This document shows positions 50,032-58,112 of a stretch of 64,000 nt of DNA, piece after piece. The position numbers and the translations under genes were made by a program. The notes under the pieces are model-generated. The model saw nothing but the letters and a program-made list of their open reading frames with translations, made no database searches and was not told where the DNA came from. Origin of the DNA: Fidelibacterota bacterium (GTDB lineage Bacteria > Verrucomicrobiota > Kiritimatiellia > JAIPIQ01). How positions within the stretch are numbered: position 1 is the first letter of the stretch; each line of letters begins with the position of its first letter. The stretch lies in NCBI GenBank assembly GCA_021734645.1, contig JAIPIQ010000001.1:3422-67421 (forward strand), read 5' to 3'.

Positions 50032-50619
50032 ATGGAGTTCTCCATGACAACCGACGGCTTCATTCCGGCGCATGGCGGGTTCCAGGCATTGAAATCCTAT
50101 CAGAAGGCGGTCATTGTCTATGATGCCACCGTGCGATTCTGCGACCGGTTCATCGCCAAGCGTGGCGACCGCACGCGCGATCAGATGATCCAGGCGGCGC
50201 GGTCGGGCAAGCAGAACATTGTCGAGGGCAGCCAGTTCTCCGGCACATCTAAGGAAATAGAATTGAAGCTGACCAATGTGGCCCGCGCCAGCCTGGCGGA
50301 GCTGGCGGAAGACTACCGCGACTTCCTGCGCTTACGTGGCGCGGAGGAATGGCCAGCCACGCATCCGTATGCCCAACGCCTGCGCGCGCTCAACCGGCAG
50401 CCCGGCGCCGGCTATGAGACGTTTCGCAAAGGGATCGAGCATGAAGACCCACTTATCGCCGCGAACGTCATCCTGGGACTGACCCGCGTGACCTGCTTCC
50501 TGCTGGACCGCCAGCTCAAGCATCTGGAAAAGGCCTTTATTGAAGAGGGCGGTTTGCGCGAACGCATGACCCGCGCCCGCCTCGACCGCCGAGCCCAACA
50601 ACGAGGCCACACCCCATGA
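50032..50619 (+). CDS. Four-helix-bundle protein (TIGR02436 / 23S rRNA intervening-sequence protein family)
   Basis: KSYQKAV...NIVEGSQFSGTSKEIELKLTNVARASLAEL family signature. Flanked by the direct repeat TCCTTTTTGTCC (50004-50015 and 50636-50647). Confidence 0.72.
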   Translation: MEFSMTTDGFIPAHGGFQALKSYQKAVIVYDATVRFCDRFIAKRGDRTRDQMIQAARSGKQNIVEGSQFSGTSKEIELKLTNVARASLAELAEDYRDFLRLRGAEEWPATHPYAQRLRALNRQPGAGYETFRKGIEHEDPLIAANVILGLTRVTCFLLDRQLKHLEKAFIEEGGLRERMTRARLDRRAQQRGHTP

Positions 50620-50672
50620 CCCCCACCCCCTTCCGTCCTTTTTGTCCCTTGGCCCCAAATGACGCCCCGGCT

Positions 50673-50741
50673 GACCTGAACAAGGAGGCGGTGGAGTTAG
50701 CGGCAAAGATTCAGCGGAACCTCGAGGGGTCGGGGATATGA
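50673..50741 (+). repeat. hsdM 3'-terminal segment, copy C (diverged, ...DLNKEAVELAAKIQRNLEGSGI*). Its TGA overlaps the hsdS ATG.
   Basis: Aligned by eye to copy A. Confidence 0.8.
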
Positions 50742-51910
50742 AGTGGCGACCGCACCAACTCCGAGATCTCTGCTGTCAGGTAGTCTCCGGCGGAACACCG
50801 TCAACAAGCCAATCTCATTTCTATGGCGGCCCAATTCCATGGCTCCGAACACAGGAGGTCACTTTCAACCGTATAGCGGAAACAGAAATGACCATCACGG
50901 AGGATGGATTGGCGAACTCAACAGCCAAATGGGTCCCCGAGAACAGCGTCATCGTCGCGATGTACGGCAACTCTGCAGGCCGCGTTGCAACCAATTTGAT
51001 TCCCCTGACCACGAATCAAGCCTGCTGTAACCTCATTATCGATTCCAGCAAAGCTGACTACCGCTTCATCTTCTACCGGCTAATGCTCGATTACAACGTG
51101 CTGCACCAGATGGCAAAAGGGGCCGCTCAAAACAATCTCAACGCAGGACAGATCAAAGCATACACAATACAAGCGCCCTCCGTGTCTGAACAGGGCGCGA
51201 TTGCTGAAGTTGTGTCCGCCTACGACGATCTGATCGAAAACAACCGGCGGCGGATGAAGCTGCTGGAGGAGGCCGCCCGGCAGTTGTACCGCGAGTGGTT
51301 CGTCCGCCTCCGCTTTCCCGGCCATGAACGCGCCAAGATCAAGAATGGCCTGCCCGAGGGGTGGGAGAGACAACCATTGGGAGACTTGGCCGATGTCACG
51401 ATGGGCCAAAGTCCCGAATCATCGTACTACAATGAGACTGGCGAAGGGCTTCCATTCCACCAAGGCGTTGCCGATTTCGGAGATCGTTTTGTTTCTCACC
51501 GCGTATTCACCACAGCCCTGAACCGTCTTGCTGAACCCAGCGATATCCTTTGTAGCGTTCGCGCTCCGGTTGGTCGGCTCAATCTGACGCTCGACAAGAT
51601 AGTGATCGGGCGGGGCCTCTCCGCTATCCGAAGTCGCACAAACCATCAGTCGCTGTTGTTCTACCAACTGCGGAACCACTTCTTCAAAGAGGATTTGATC
51701 GGCGCGGGATCAATCTTCGCATCGGTAACGAAAGCGGAGTTTCTTCGACAGGAGATTCTTGTCCCACCCAAGCATGTAGCCGATGCATTCGAAGATGTGT
51801 CCCGCCCACTTGACGACCAACTGCGGCTACAGAATGAGCAGAACCAGAAGCTCCGCTCTGCCCGTGATTTGCTGCTGCCGAAGCTGATGAGCGGGGAGCT
51901 TGCGGTATGA
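50738..51910 (+). CDS. hsdS: Type I restriction-modification specificity subunit with two target-recognition domains
   Basis: 390 aa with a central conserved coiled-coil repeat (IENNRRRMKLLEEAARQLYREWFVRLRFPGHE) and a repeat of it at the C-terminus. Visibly lower GC than the flanks. Confidence 0.87.
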   Translation: MKWRPHQLRDLCCQVVSGGTPSTSQSHFYGGPIPWLRTQEVTFNRIAETEMTITEDGLANSTAKWVPENSVIVAMYGNSAGRVATNLIPLTTNQACCNLIIDSSKADYRFIFYRLMLDYNVLHQMAKGAAQNNLNAGQIKAYTIQAPSVSEQGAIAEVVSAYDDLIENNRRRMKLLEEAARQLYREWFVRLRFPGHERAKIKNGLPEGWERQPLGDLADVTMGQSPESSYYNETGEGLPFHQGVADFGDRFVSHRVFTTALNRLAEPSDILCSVRAPVGRLNLTLDKIVIGRGLSAIRSRTNHQSLLFYQLRNHFFKEDLIGAGSIFASVTKAEFLRQEILVPPKHVADAFEDVSRPLDDQLRLQNEQNQKLRSARDLLLPKLMSGELAV

Positions 51911-52000
51911 GAGGTATGAGGGGTCTGAGGGCCTGCGGAGCAGGGCCATTGGGCTTGTCGCCGCGGAAGCAACCGGTGTATGATTGAACCCGGGTGAGAA

Positions 52001-52780
52001 ATGAGCACGGTACGGACTATAGAATTCGTTCTTCGAGGAAAGGTCGGTGGCGTCGAACTGACGCCGCGCATGATCGGTTTGTCGCAATTTAACGAGTTCA
52101 ACCAGCAGGTCGAAGCGTTTATCGCGGGTTCCCAGCGGGGCAAGCAGAACGAAACGCATGTGGAGGTCGCCGAGGGTTCCTACAAGCTCCGGGTTACGCT
52201 GGCCGCGGCGGCGGCGCTGGCGCTCCAACCGGACCTCGTGCTCATGGCGCGCGACGACGCGCTCGGCGAGCTGGACCCGAAGCGGGCCGAGGTGGTGTCC
52301 AAGTGGCAGGCGTCCGCCCGGCGGGATGACGGCTATGAGTACGAGATCCGGCCCGATCTGGAGGCCCTGCCCAAGGTCATGTTGACGAAAAGGACCGACT
52401 ACCGGATCGGGGCGGCGAGCCCCTGGGTGACGGTCGAAAAATACCTTTTTGGGGTGGTCGAGGACATGGGTGGGGCGCAGAAGGCGAACATTCACCTGCG
52501 GTTGCGCGATACGGGGCAGACCGTGATTGTCGGCGCGTCTCAGGACTTCCTCCGCGATCAGTCCGAAAACCGTGTCTATCGGCAGGCGCTCTTGCGCGTC
52601 AAGGCTGAACAGCACTTCAAAACCGGTCAGTTGCGCAATGTCCGCCTCCTTGCGTTCGAGGATTACGCTCCCTCCTACGACGAGAACGCGCTCAATGCGT
52701 TTTCGTACCAGGGAACTCAGGCGTGGCGCGACATTCCGGATGCCGTGGCTTGGGTCCGCGAGCAGAGGGGAGGTCGCTGA
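52001..52780 (+). CDS. Uncharacterised 259-aa protein embedded between hsdS and hsdR. No recognisable family. Appears to have an internal two-fold repeat.
   Basis: Intact ORF, co-oriented. Its stop lies 3-28 nt before the hsdR start. Confidence 0.5.
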   Translation: MSTVRTIEFVLRGKVGGVELTPRMIGLSQFNEFNQQVEAFIAGSQRGKQNETHVEVAEGSYKLRVTLAAAAALALQPDLVLMARDDALGELDPKRAEVVSKWQASARRDDGYEYEIRPDLEALPKVMLTKRTDYRIGAASPWVTVEKYLFGVVEDMGGAQKANIHLRLRDTGQTVIVGASQDFLRDQSENRVYRQALLRVKAEQHFKTGQLRNVRLLAFEDYAPSYDENALNAFSYQGTQAWRDIPDAVAWVREQRGGR

Positions 52781-52808
52781 TGGGTGCCGGGGATTGAACG
52801 GCGTTCTG

Positions 52809-55800
52809 ATGGCCTACACCGACATCAACAGCGAGGACCGGCTGGTGCAGGTGACCTTCGCCGAGCATCTGGAACGGCAGCTTGGTTGGGAGAGCGTGTT
52901 TGCCTGGAATGAGGAAACCTTCGGGCCTAACGGTACGCTGGGGCGGGCAGACACGCGCGAGGTGGTCCTGACCCGCGATTTGCGGGCGGCTGTGGGCCGA
53001 CTCAACCCCGACCTGCCCGCGACGGCCCTGGACGAGGCAGTACGCACGATGTCGCGACACGACTTCACGCGGTCGTTGCTACAACACAACCAGGATTTCC
53101 ACGGCTTCATGCGCGACGGCGTGCCGGTCTCCTATCGCGACGCGCAGGGAGTTCTGCGCGAGGAACGGGCGCGGGTGCTTGACTTCCGCAACGCGGCGAA
53201 CAACCGGTTCCTGGCGGTGCGCGAGCTGAAGCTCACCAGTCTGCGCATGCCGAGCTACAACCGCCGGGCGGACCTGGTCTACTTCGTCAACGGCCTGCCG
53301 CTGGTGTTTATTGAGCTGAAAGCCGTTTACAAGAATATTCGGGCCGCTTTTGATGGCAACCTGCGCGATTATATGGACGAGCACATCGTCGCCCACGCCT
53401 TTCATCACAATGCGTTTCTGGTCGTCAGCAACGGACACCGCGCCCGGTACGGAGCGATCACCAGTGCGTGGGACCATTTCGCGGAGTGGAAACGCCTCGA
53501 TGAGGCGGACAAGGGCAGCGTCGAGGCAGAGGTGCTCCTGAACGGGATGCTGGCGCATGACCGCCTGCTGGACATTGTCGAGAATTTCATCCTGTTCGAC
53601 GCCAGCAAACCGGGCCAGACCCGCAAGATCGTGGCACGCAACCACCAGGTTCACGGGGTCAACCAGGCGGTGGCGGCGGTGCGGCGGCAGGAGGAGTTGA
53701 AACAGGCGTTTCCGCCTGAGCTGCGCCTGAAGTCCCGCACCATTGAACTGCTGCCGCGCATGGCGGCCGAAGTCTCGCCAAGGGGCGACGCCCTGTACGA
53801 AGATCCGGTCGTCGAGTGGCCCGAGATGGCCGAGTCATTGAGCCTGCTTAAATACGTCGAACCGGCCCATCCGGACCTGGGAAGACTGGGCGTGTTCTGG
53901 CATACGCAGGGCAGCGGCAAGTCCTACTCGATGGCCTTTTTCGCGGAGAAGGTCCGACGCACGATATCGGCCAAGTTCACCTTCCTGCTGATGACCGACC
54001 GCCAGGATCTCGACGGCCAGATATTCGACACGTTCCGCGGCTGCGGCGTGGTGGACGAGAAGTCCCCCCGCGCCGCGACGGGCGAAGATCTCAAGCATCT
54101 CCTGGGAGAGAACCACCGCTATATCTTCAGCCTGATCCACAAGTTCAACCAGGATGTGGACCCGCGCAAGCCCTACAGTCCGCGGGACGACATCATCGTG
54201 ATCTCCGACGAGGCCCACCGGACGCAGGCCGGCAAACTGGCCCGCAACATGCGGCTGGCTCTGCCGAATGCCTCCTTTATCGGGTTCACCGGCACACCCC
54301 TGTTCAAGCACGACCACCTCACCCGGCGCATTTTCGGCACCTACGTCTCGCGCTACGACTTCAAACGGTCCGAGCAGGACGGCTCGACCGTCAAACTCGT
54401 GTACGAGAACCGGGGCGAGAAACTGGGCCTGGCCCGGCTCGACCTTAACGACCGCATCGCCGCCGCCATTGCCAAAGCTGAACTGAACCCCGACGAGGAA
54501 CTCCTGCTGGAGAAACTGCTCGGGCAGGACTACGAGGTGATCACGGCCCGCAATCGCCTCAATAAAATCGCATTCGATTTCGTCGAACACTGTGCCACCC
54601 GGTGGGAATCGGGAAAATCCATGTTCGTCTGCCTGGATAAGATCACCTGCGGCCGCATGCTCAAACGGGTCAGGCGCCTCTGGAAACTCAAATTGGCGCG
54701 GGTGCAGCAGGTGCTCAACCGCAAGCAAACCGCGCTGGCGACCCAGACCAACGAAGACCATCGTGAACGCATTGCAAAAGAAGTGGCTTGGTTGCGAGGA
54801 CAGGCGAACTGGCTGCGGGAGACGATGGTTGAACTCGTGGTATCCGAGGGGCAGAACGAAATCGCCGACTTCAAGAAGTGGGGGATTGACATCCTGCCGC
54901 ACCGGGCGCTGATGAAGCAGGGGTTCGAGACCCCGGACGGCAAGCGGGTGGATGTGGAAACCGCTTTCAAGGATCCGGCCCATCCGTTCCGCGTGGCGAT
55001 TGTCTGCGCCATGTGGCTGACCGGTTTCGATGTCGAATGTCTCTCTACGCTGTACATAGACAAGCCCATGAAGGCGCACACGCTCATGCAGGCCATCGCG
55101 CGGGCCAACCGGGTTTATCCCGGCAAGGATTTCGGCCTGATTGGGGCAAAGGGCTTCGCCAAAATTGCGGCGCTCGCCGACGGCGTGGAAGCGGTCACCA
55201 GCGCCCGAGACGAGGGACGGCGGCGGTTCGAAATCATGGCGCGCCAGGTCTTCGACCGTTTCAAGGCGCTGCTCATGGAACCGGCCGCCTTTGCTTTCGC
55301 AGAGCGGCACGACAACATTGAGGCGATTTACAAGAAACTTCAGGAACGGCGCGATACCGCTGACGTTACCGAGTTGCTCAAGGAACTACAGCGGGTGGTC
55401 AACGAGGCCATTCGTGCCGCCGCCCCCGGCGCCGACCAGGCGGATGCCAAACTTTACGACTTGAGCGCCGTGGACCTGGAAAAACTGCGCGCCGAGTTTG
55501 CCAAGAAGGCCACGCACAAGGCCACGGTCCTGGAGGACATCCGGCAGATCGTCGAAAAGAAACTGGCGCAGATGCTCGCCCGGAACCCGCAGCGCATGGA
55601 CTATTACAAGAAGTACTCCGAAATCATTGCCGACTACAACCACGACAAGGATCGGGTTACGATTGAAGAAACCTTTGCCCGGCTGGTTGACTTGGCTGCG
55701 AGCCTGGACGCCGAATCCCGGCGCGCCGCCGAAGAAGGCCTGAGCGAAGAAGAATACGCCCTGTTCTGCCTGCTACAGAAGGACCGTATCAGCAAGGCTG

Positions 55801-56045
55801 ACCGGGACCGGATCAAACTCGCCAGCCGCCAGCTCTACGATTCGCTCCGAGCATTGCTCGCCCGACGCGAGCAATGGACCCAGAAGGAACAGACGCAGGC
55901 GGAAGTCGAGACCCTGATTCTGGACCACCTGTTTGTGGCGCTGCCGACGCCACCCTACACGGAAGCAGAGAAACAGGCTGCGGCAAAACAGGTCTACCAG
56001 TTCGTCTGGCAGCAATCCGCCAGTGGGGTGTTTGTGGCGGCTTGA
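52809..56045 (+). CDS. hsdR: Type I restriction enzyme endonuclease/helicase subunit (alternative TTG start at 52794)
   Basis: HsdR_N-like N-terminus, Walker A HTQGSGKS, DEAH VISDEAHRTQ, roughly 1078 aa. Confidence 0.9.
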   Translation: MAYTDINSEDRLVQVTFAEHLERQLGWESVFAWNEETFGPNGTLGRADTREVVLTRDLRAAVGRLNPDLPATALDEAVRTMSRHDFTRSLLQHNQDFHGFMRDGVPVSYRDAQGVLREERARVLDFRNAANNRFLAVRELKLTSLRMPSYNRRADLVYFVNGLPLVFIELKAVYKNIRAAFDGNLRDYMDEHIVAHAFHHNAFLVVSNGHRARYGAITSAWDHFAEWKRLDEADKGSVEAEVLLNGMLAHDRLLDIVENFILFDASKPGQTRKIVARNHQVHGVNQAVAAVRRQEELKQAFPPELRLKSRTIELLPRMAAEVSPRGDALYEDPVVEWPEMAESLSLLKYVEPAHPDLGRLGVFWHTQGSGKSYSMAFFAEKVRRTISAKFTFLLMTDRQDLDGQIFDTFRGCGVVDEKSPRAATGEDLKHLLGENHRYIFSLIHKFNQDVDPRKPYSPRDDIIVISDEAHRTQAGKLARNMRLALPNASFIGFTGTPLFKHDHLTRRIFGTYVSRYDFKRSEQDGSTVKLVYENRGEKLGLARLDLNDRIAAAIAKAELNPDEELLLEKLLGQDYEVITARNRLNKIAFDFVEHCATRWESGKSMFVCLDKITCGRMLKRVRRLWKLKLARVQQVLNRKQTALATQTNEDHRERIAKEVAWLRGQANWLRETMVELVVSEGQNEIADFKKWGIDILPHRALMKQGFETPDGKRVDVETAFKDPAHPFRVAIVCAMWLTGFDVECLSTLYIDKPMKAHTLMQAIARANRVYPGKDFGLIGAKGFAKIAALADGVEAVTSARDEGRRRFEIMARQVFDRFKALLMEPAAFAFAERHDNIEAIYKKLQERRDTADVTELLKELQRVVNEAIRAAAPGADQADAKLYDLSAVDLEKLRAEFAKKATHKATVLEDIRQIVEKKLAQMLARNPQRMDYYKKYSEIIADYNHDKDRVTIEETFARLVDLAASLDAESRRAAEEGLSEEEYALFCLLQKDRISKADRDRIKLASRQLYDSLRALLARREQWTQKEQTQAEVETLILDHLFVALPTPPYTEAEKQAAAKQVYQFVWQQSASGVFVAA

Positions 56046-56188
56046 TGCGCGGCGCGGCGCAGGCTGCCGGACGCGGACGGTGAATGGAAAGTGGGCCGCG
56101 GGAACAGCAACCCCCCAATAGCGAAAAACCGCGCACTTTTTACTTGACGGGGCTGGCGGCGCTGCATAGGGTGCCCGTCGCCTCAGAC

Positions 56189-56264
56189 GCCCCTATCGTC
56201 TAGTGGCCCAGGACGCCGGGTTCTCATCCCGGAAACAGGGGTTCAATTCCCCTTGGGGGTGCCA
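56189..56264 (+). tRNA. tRNA-Glu (anticodon CTC), CCA encoded
   Basis: Manually folded. D-arm GTCTAGTGGCCCAGGAC is typical of tRNA-Glu. T-loop TTCAATT. Confidence 0.75.
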
Positions 56265-56269
56265 TTGCT

Positions 56270-56515
56270 TCATTCCGGATCGGGAATCCATTCGAAAACC
56301 ACGGTGGGATCGTGTCCGGTGGCGGGGCAGGTCGCGCAGGCGCCCGGGATGGCCCGGCCGCCGCACCCCACCAGCCGCCGCTGGATGCGGCCGTGCCGAC
56401 AGGCCATGGCCAGCATGTCGTCCAGCGCCTCCGGCGCGATTTCCAGTATCCGGGCCAGCTCGTCCAGGGTCACCTTCTGGCGGGTGGCAATTTCTCTCAA
56501 GGCGGCTCTCAGCAT
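56270..56515 (-). CDS. FeoC-like winged-helix / Cys-cluster regulator, orphan (no feoAB nearby)
   Basis: Aligns with FeoC: ...LDELARILEIAPEALDDMLAMACRHGRIQRR...GCGG...CATCP. Track ORF extends to 56536. Confidence 0.55.
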   Translation of the reverse strand: MLRAALREIATRQKVTLDELARILEIAPEALDDMLAMACRHGRIQRRLVGCGGRAIPGACATCPATGHDPTVVFEWIPDPE

Positions 56516-56673
56516 CGGTCTCCCTCCATCGTTCATGCGTTCCCATACAGTTTACCCGCGGCGGGCGCGAACGCAAGCGCCGAGCGCGCGCCGGGTGTTT
56601 CGGGTCGGGGGCGGACATTTTTTTGTGGCCATCACCGCGCGCTGTGTTATATTGGTGGTCGTTGACGGGAACC

Positions 56674-56748
56674 AGGCGCGGTAGCCAAGTGGTAAGGCGG
56701 AGGTCTGCAAAACCTTTATTCAGCGGTTCGAATCCGCTCCGCGCCTCC
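56674..56748 (+). tRNA. tRNA-Cys (anticodon GCA), CCA encoded
   Basis: Manually folded. Acceptor GGCGCGG/CCGCGCC, anticodon loop CTGCAAA. Confidence 0.8.
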
Positions 56749-56780
56749 AATTATTCCCTTTTCACCCGAAAGGAAGCGCA

Positions 56781-58106
56781 ATGGAACGACCCAACATACT
56801 GTACATTCTGGCGGACGACCTGGGCTGGGGCGATTTGAGTCTGCACGGCTCGCCCATTCGCACGCCGAACATTGACCAGTTGGCGCGGGAAGGGGTCGAG
56901 CTGACGCAGCACTATGTTTGCCCCATGTGCACGCCGACGCGCGCCTCGCTGTTGACGGGCCGGTATCCGAGTCGTTTCGGCCCCCATGGCACGGTGCCGT
57001 CGAATGCGCCGGTGTTCCCGGACGGCTACCAGACGCTGGCCACGATCCTGCGCGACGCGGGGTACGACACGGGTCTGTTCGGCAAATGGCATTTGGGCTC
57101 CGCCCCGCAGTATGGTCCGAATCAGTACGGGTTCAATACGGCCTACGGCAGTCTGGCGGGCGGGATTGATCCGTACAGCCATCGGTACAAGCGCGGCGAG
57201 TTTTCGGTGGCGTGGCATCGCAACGGCACGCTGGTGGAAGAGCGGGGGCATGTCACCGATTTGATCCTGAACGAGGCCCGGGAGTGGATCGAGACCCGGA
57301 ATCAGCCCTGGTTCTGTTATGTGCCGTTCACGGCCGTGCATATTCCCATCAAGCCGACACAGGAGTGGATGGCGCGGTACTATCCCGAGCAGTTCGACGA
57401 CGATCCGTTGAAGGACCGTTCGTACAAGATGTATGCGGCCTACACCAGCCATATGGATCATGCCATCGGGCAACTGCTCGAGACCCTCGAGCAATTGGGC
57501 CAGCGCGAGAACACGATCATCGTGTTTTCTTCGGACAATGGCGCGGTCAACGAAACACCGCTGCATGCCACGGACCAATATCCCGGTTGGCAGGAAGCGT
57601 ATCCGCGGCTGGGATCGAACGCGCCCTGGCGCGGGGTCAAGGCACAATTGTACGAGGGCGGCATCCGCACGCCCACCCTCGTCAACTGGCGCAGTCGGCT
57701 GACGCCGGGGCGGATGGAACACCCCGTGCAGGTCACGGATTGGATGCCCTCGTTCAGCGCGCTGGTCGGCGCGCCGCCCAAGGAAGATCCCCGGTACGAT
57801 GGCCGGGACATCTGGCCCTTGATCACGGGGGAAACCAAGACGCCCGCGCCGCGGCATCTGTTCTGGAACTTCAAGGGCGATCAGCATCTCGGGTTGCGGC
57901 TGGGCGACTGGAAACTGATCGTCAACCACAAGCAGGGCCATTCGAAACAGGAGCTGTTCAACCTGGCGGACGATCCGTATGAGCAGAATGACCAAGCCAG
58001 CGATCGGCCCGACAAGGTCGCGGAGCTGGCGGCGTTGATTGCGGCAGAGCGGCAAGCGGACAATTCGTCGGCCCGGTCTGATGTGGCCGGGCCCCGGATG
58101 CCCTAA
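56781..58106 (+). CDS. Arylsulfatase-family sulfatase with no obvious signal peptide
   Basis: CPMCTPTRASLLTGR (C-x-P-x-R formylglycine signature) and the sulfatase N-terminal LADDLGWGD. Confidence 0.88.
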   Translation: MERPNILYILADDLGWGDLSLHGSPIRTPNIDQLAREGVELTQHYVCPMCTPTRASLLTGRYPSRFGPHGTVPSNAPVFPDGYQTLATILRDAGYDTGLFGKWHLGSAPQYGPNQYGFNTAYGSLAGGIDPYSHRYKRGEFSVAWHRNGTLVEERGHVTDLILNEAREWIETRNQPWFCYVPFTAVHIPIKPTQEWMARYYPEQFDDDPLKDRSYKMYAAYTSHMDHAIGQLLETLEQLGQRENTIIVFSSDNGAVNETPLHATDQYPGWQEAYPRLGSNAPWRGVKAQLYEGGIRTPTLVNWRSRLTPGRMEHPVQVTDWMPSFSALVGAPPKEDPRYDGRDIWPLITGETKTPAPRHLFWNFKGDQHLGLRLGDWKLIVNHKQGHSKQELFNLADDPYEQNDQASDRPDKVAELAALIAAERQADNSSARSDVAGPRMP

Positions 58107-58112
58107 GCGCCT

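Noticed and set aside
49697-50047. 116-aa ORF with a KRTKRTKRTK stretch
   Set aside because: It spans the hairpin/inverted repeat upstream of the four-helix-bundle gene, is low-complexity, and lies in a different frame from the hsdM 3' copy B.
48704-50741. Possibility that the thrice-repeated ~70-nt segment is a CRISPR-like array
   Set aside because: The copies are diverged, unevenly spaced (about 1.1 kb and 0.75 kb), and are the coding 3' end of hsdM. There are no short regular spacers.
56046-56188. Possible promoter (TTGACG-17-TAGGGT) and a GAAAAA...TTTTT-flanked segment before tRNA-Glu
   Set aside because: The -10 is weak and the inverted symmetry imperfect. Not strong enough to annotate.
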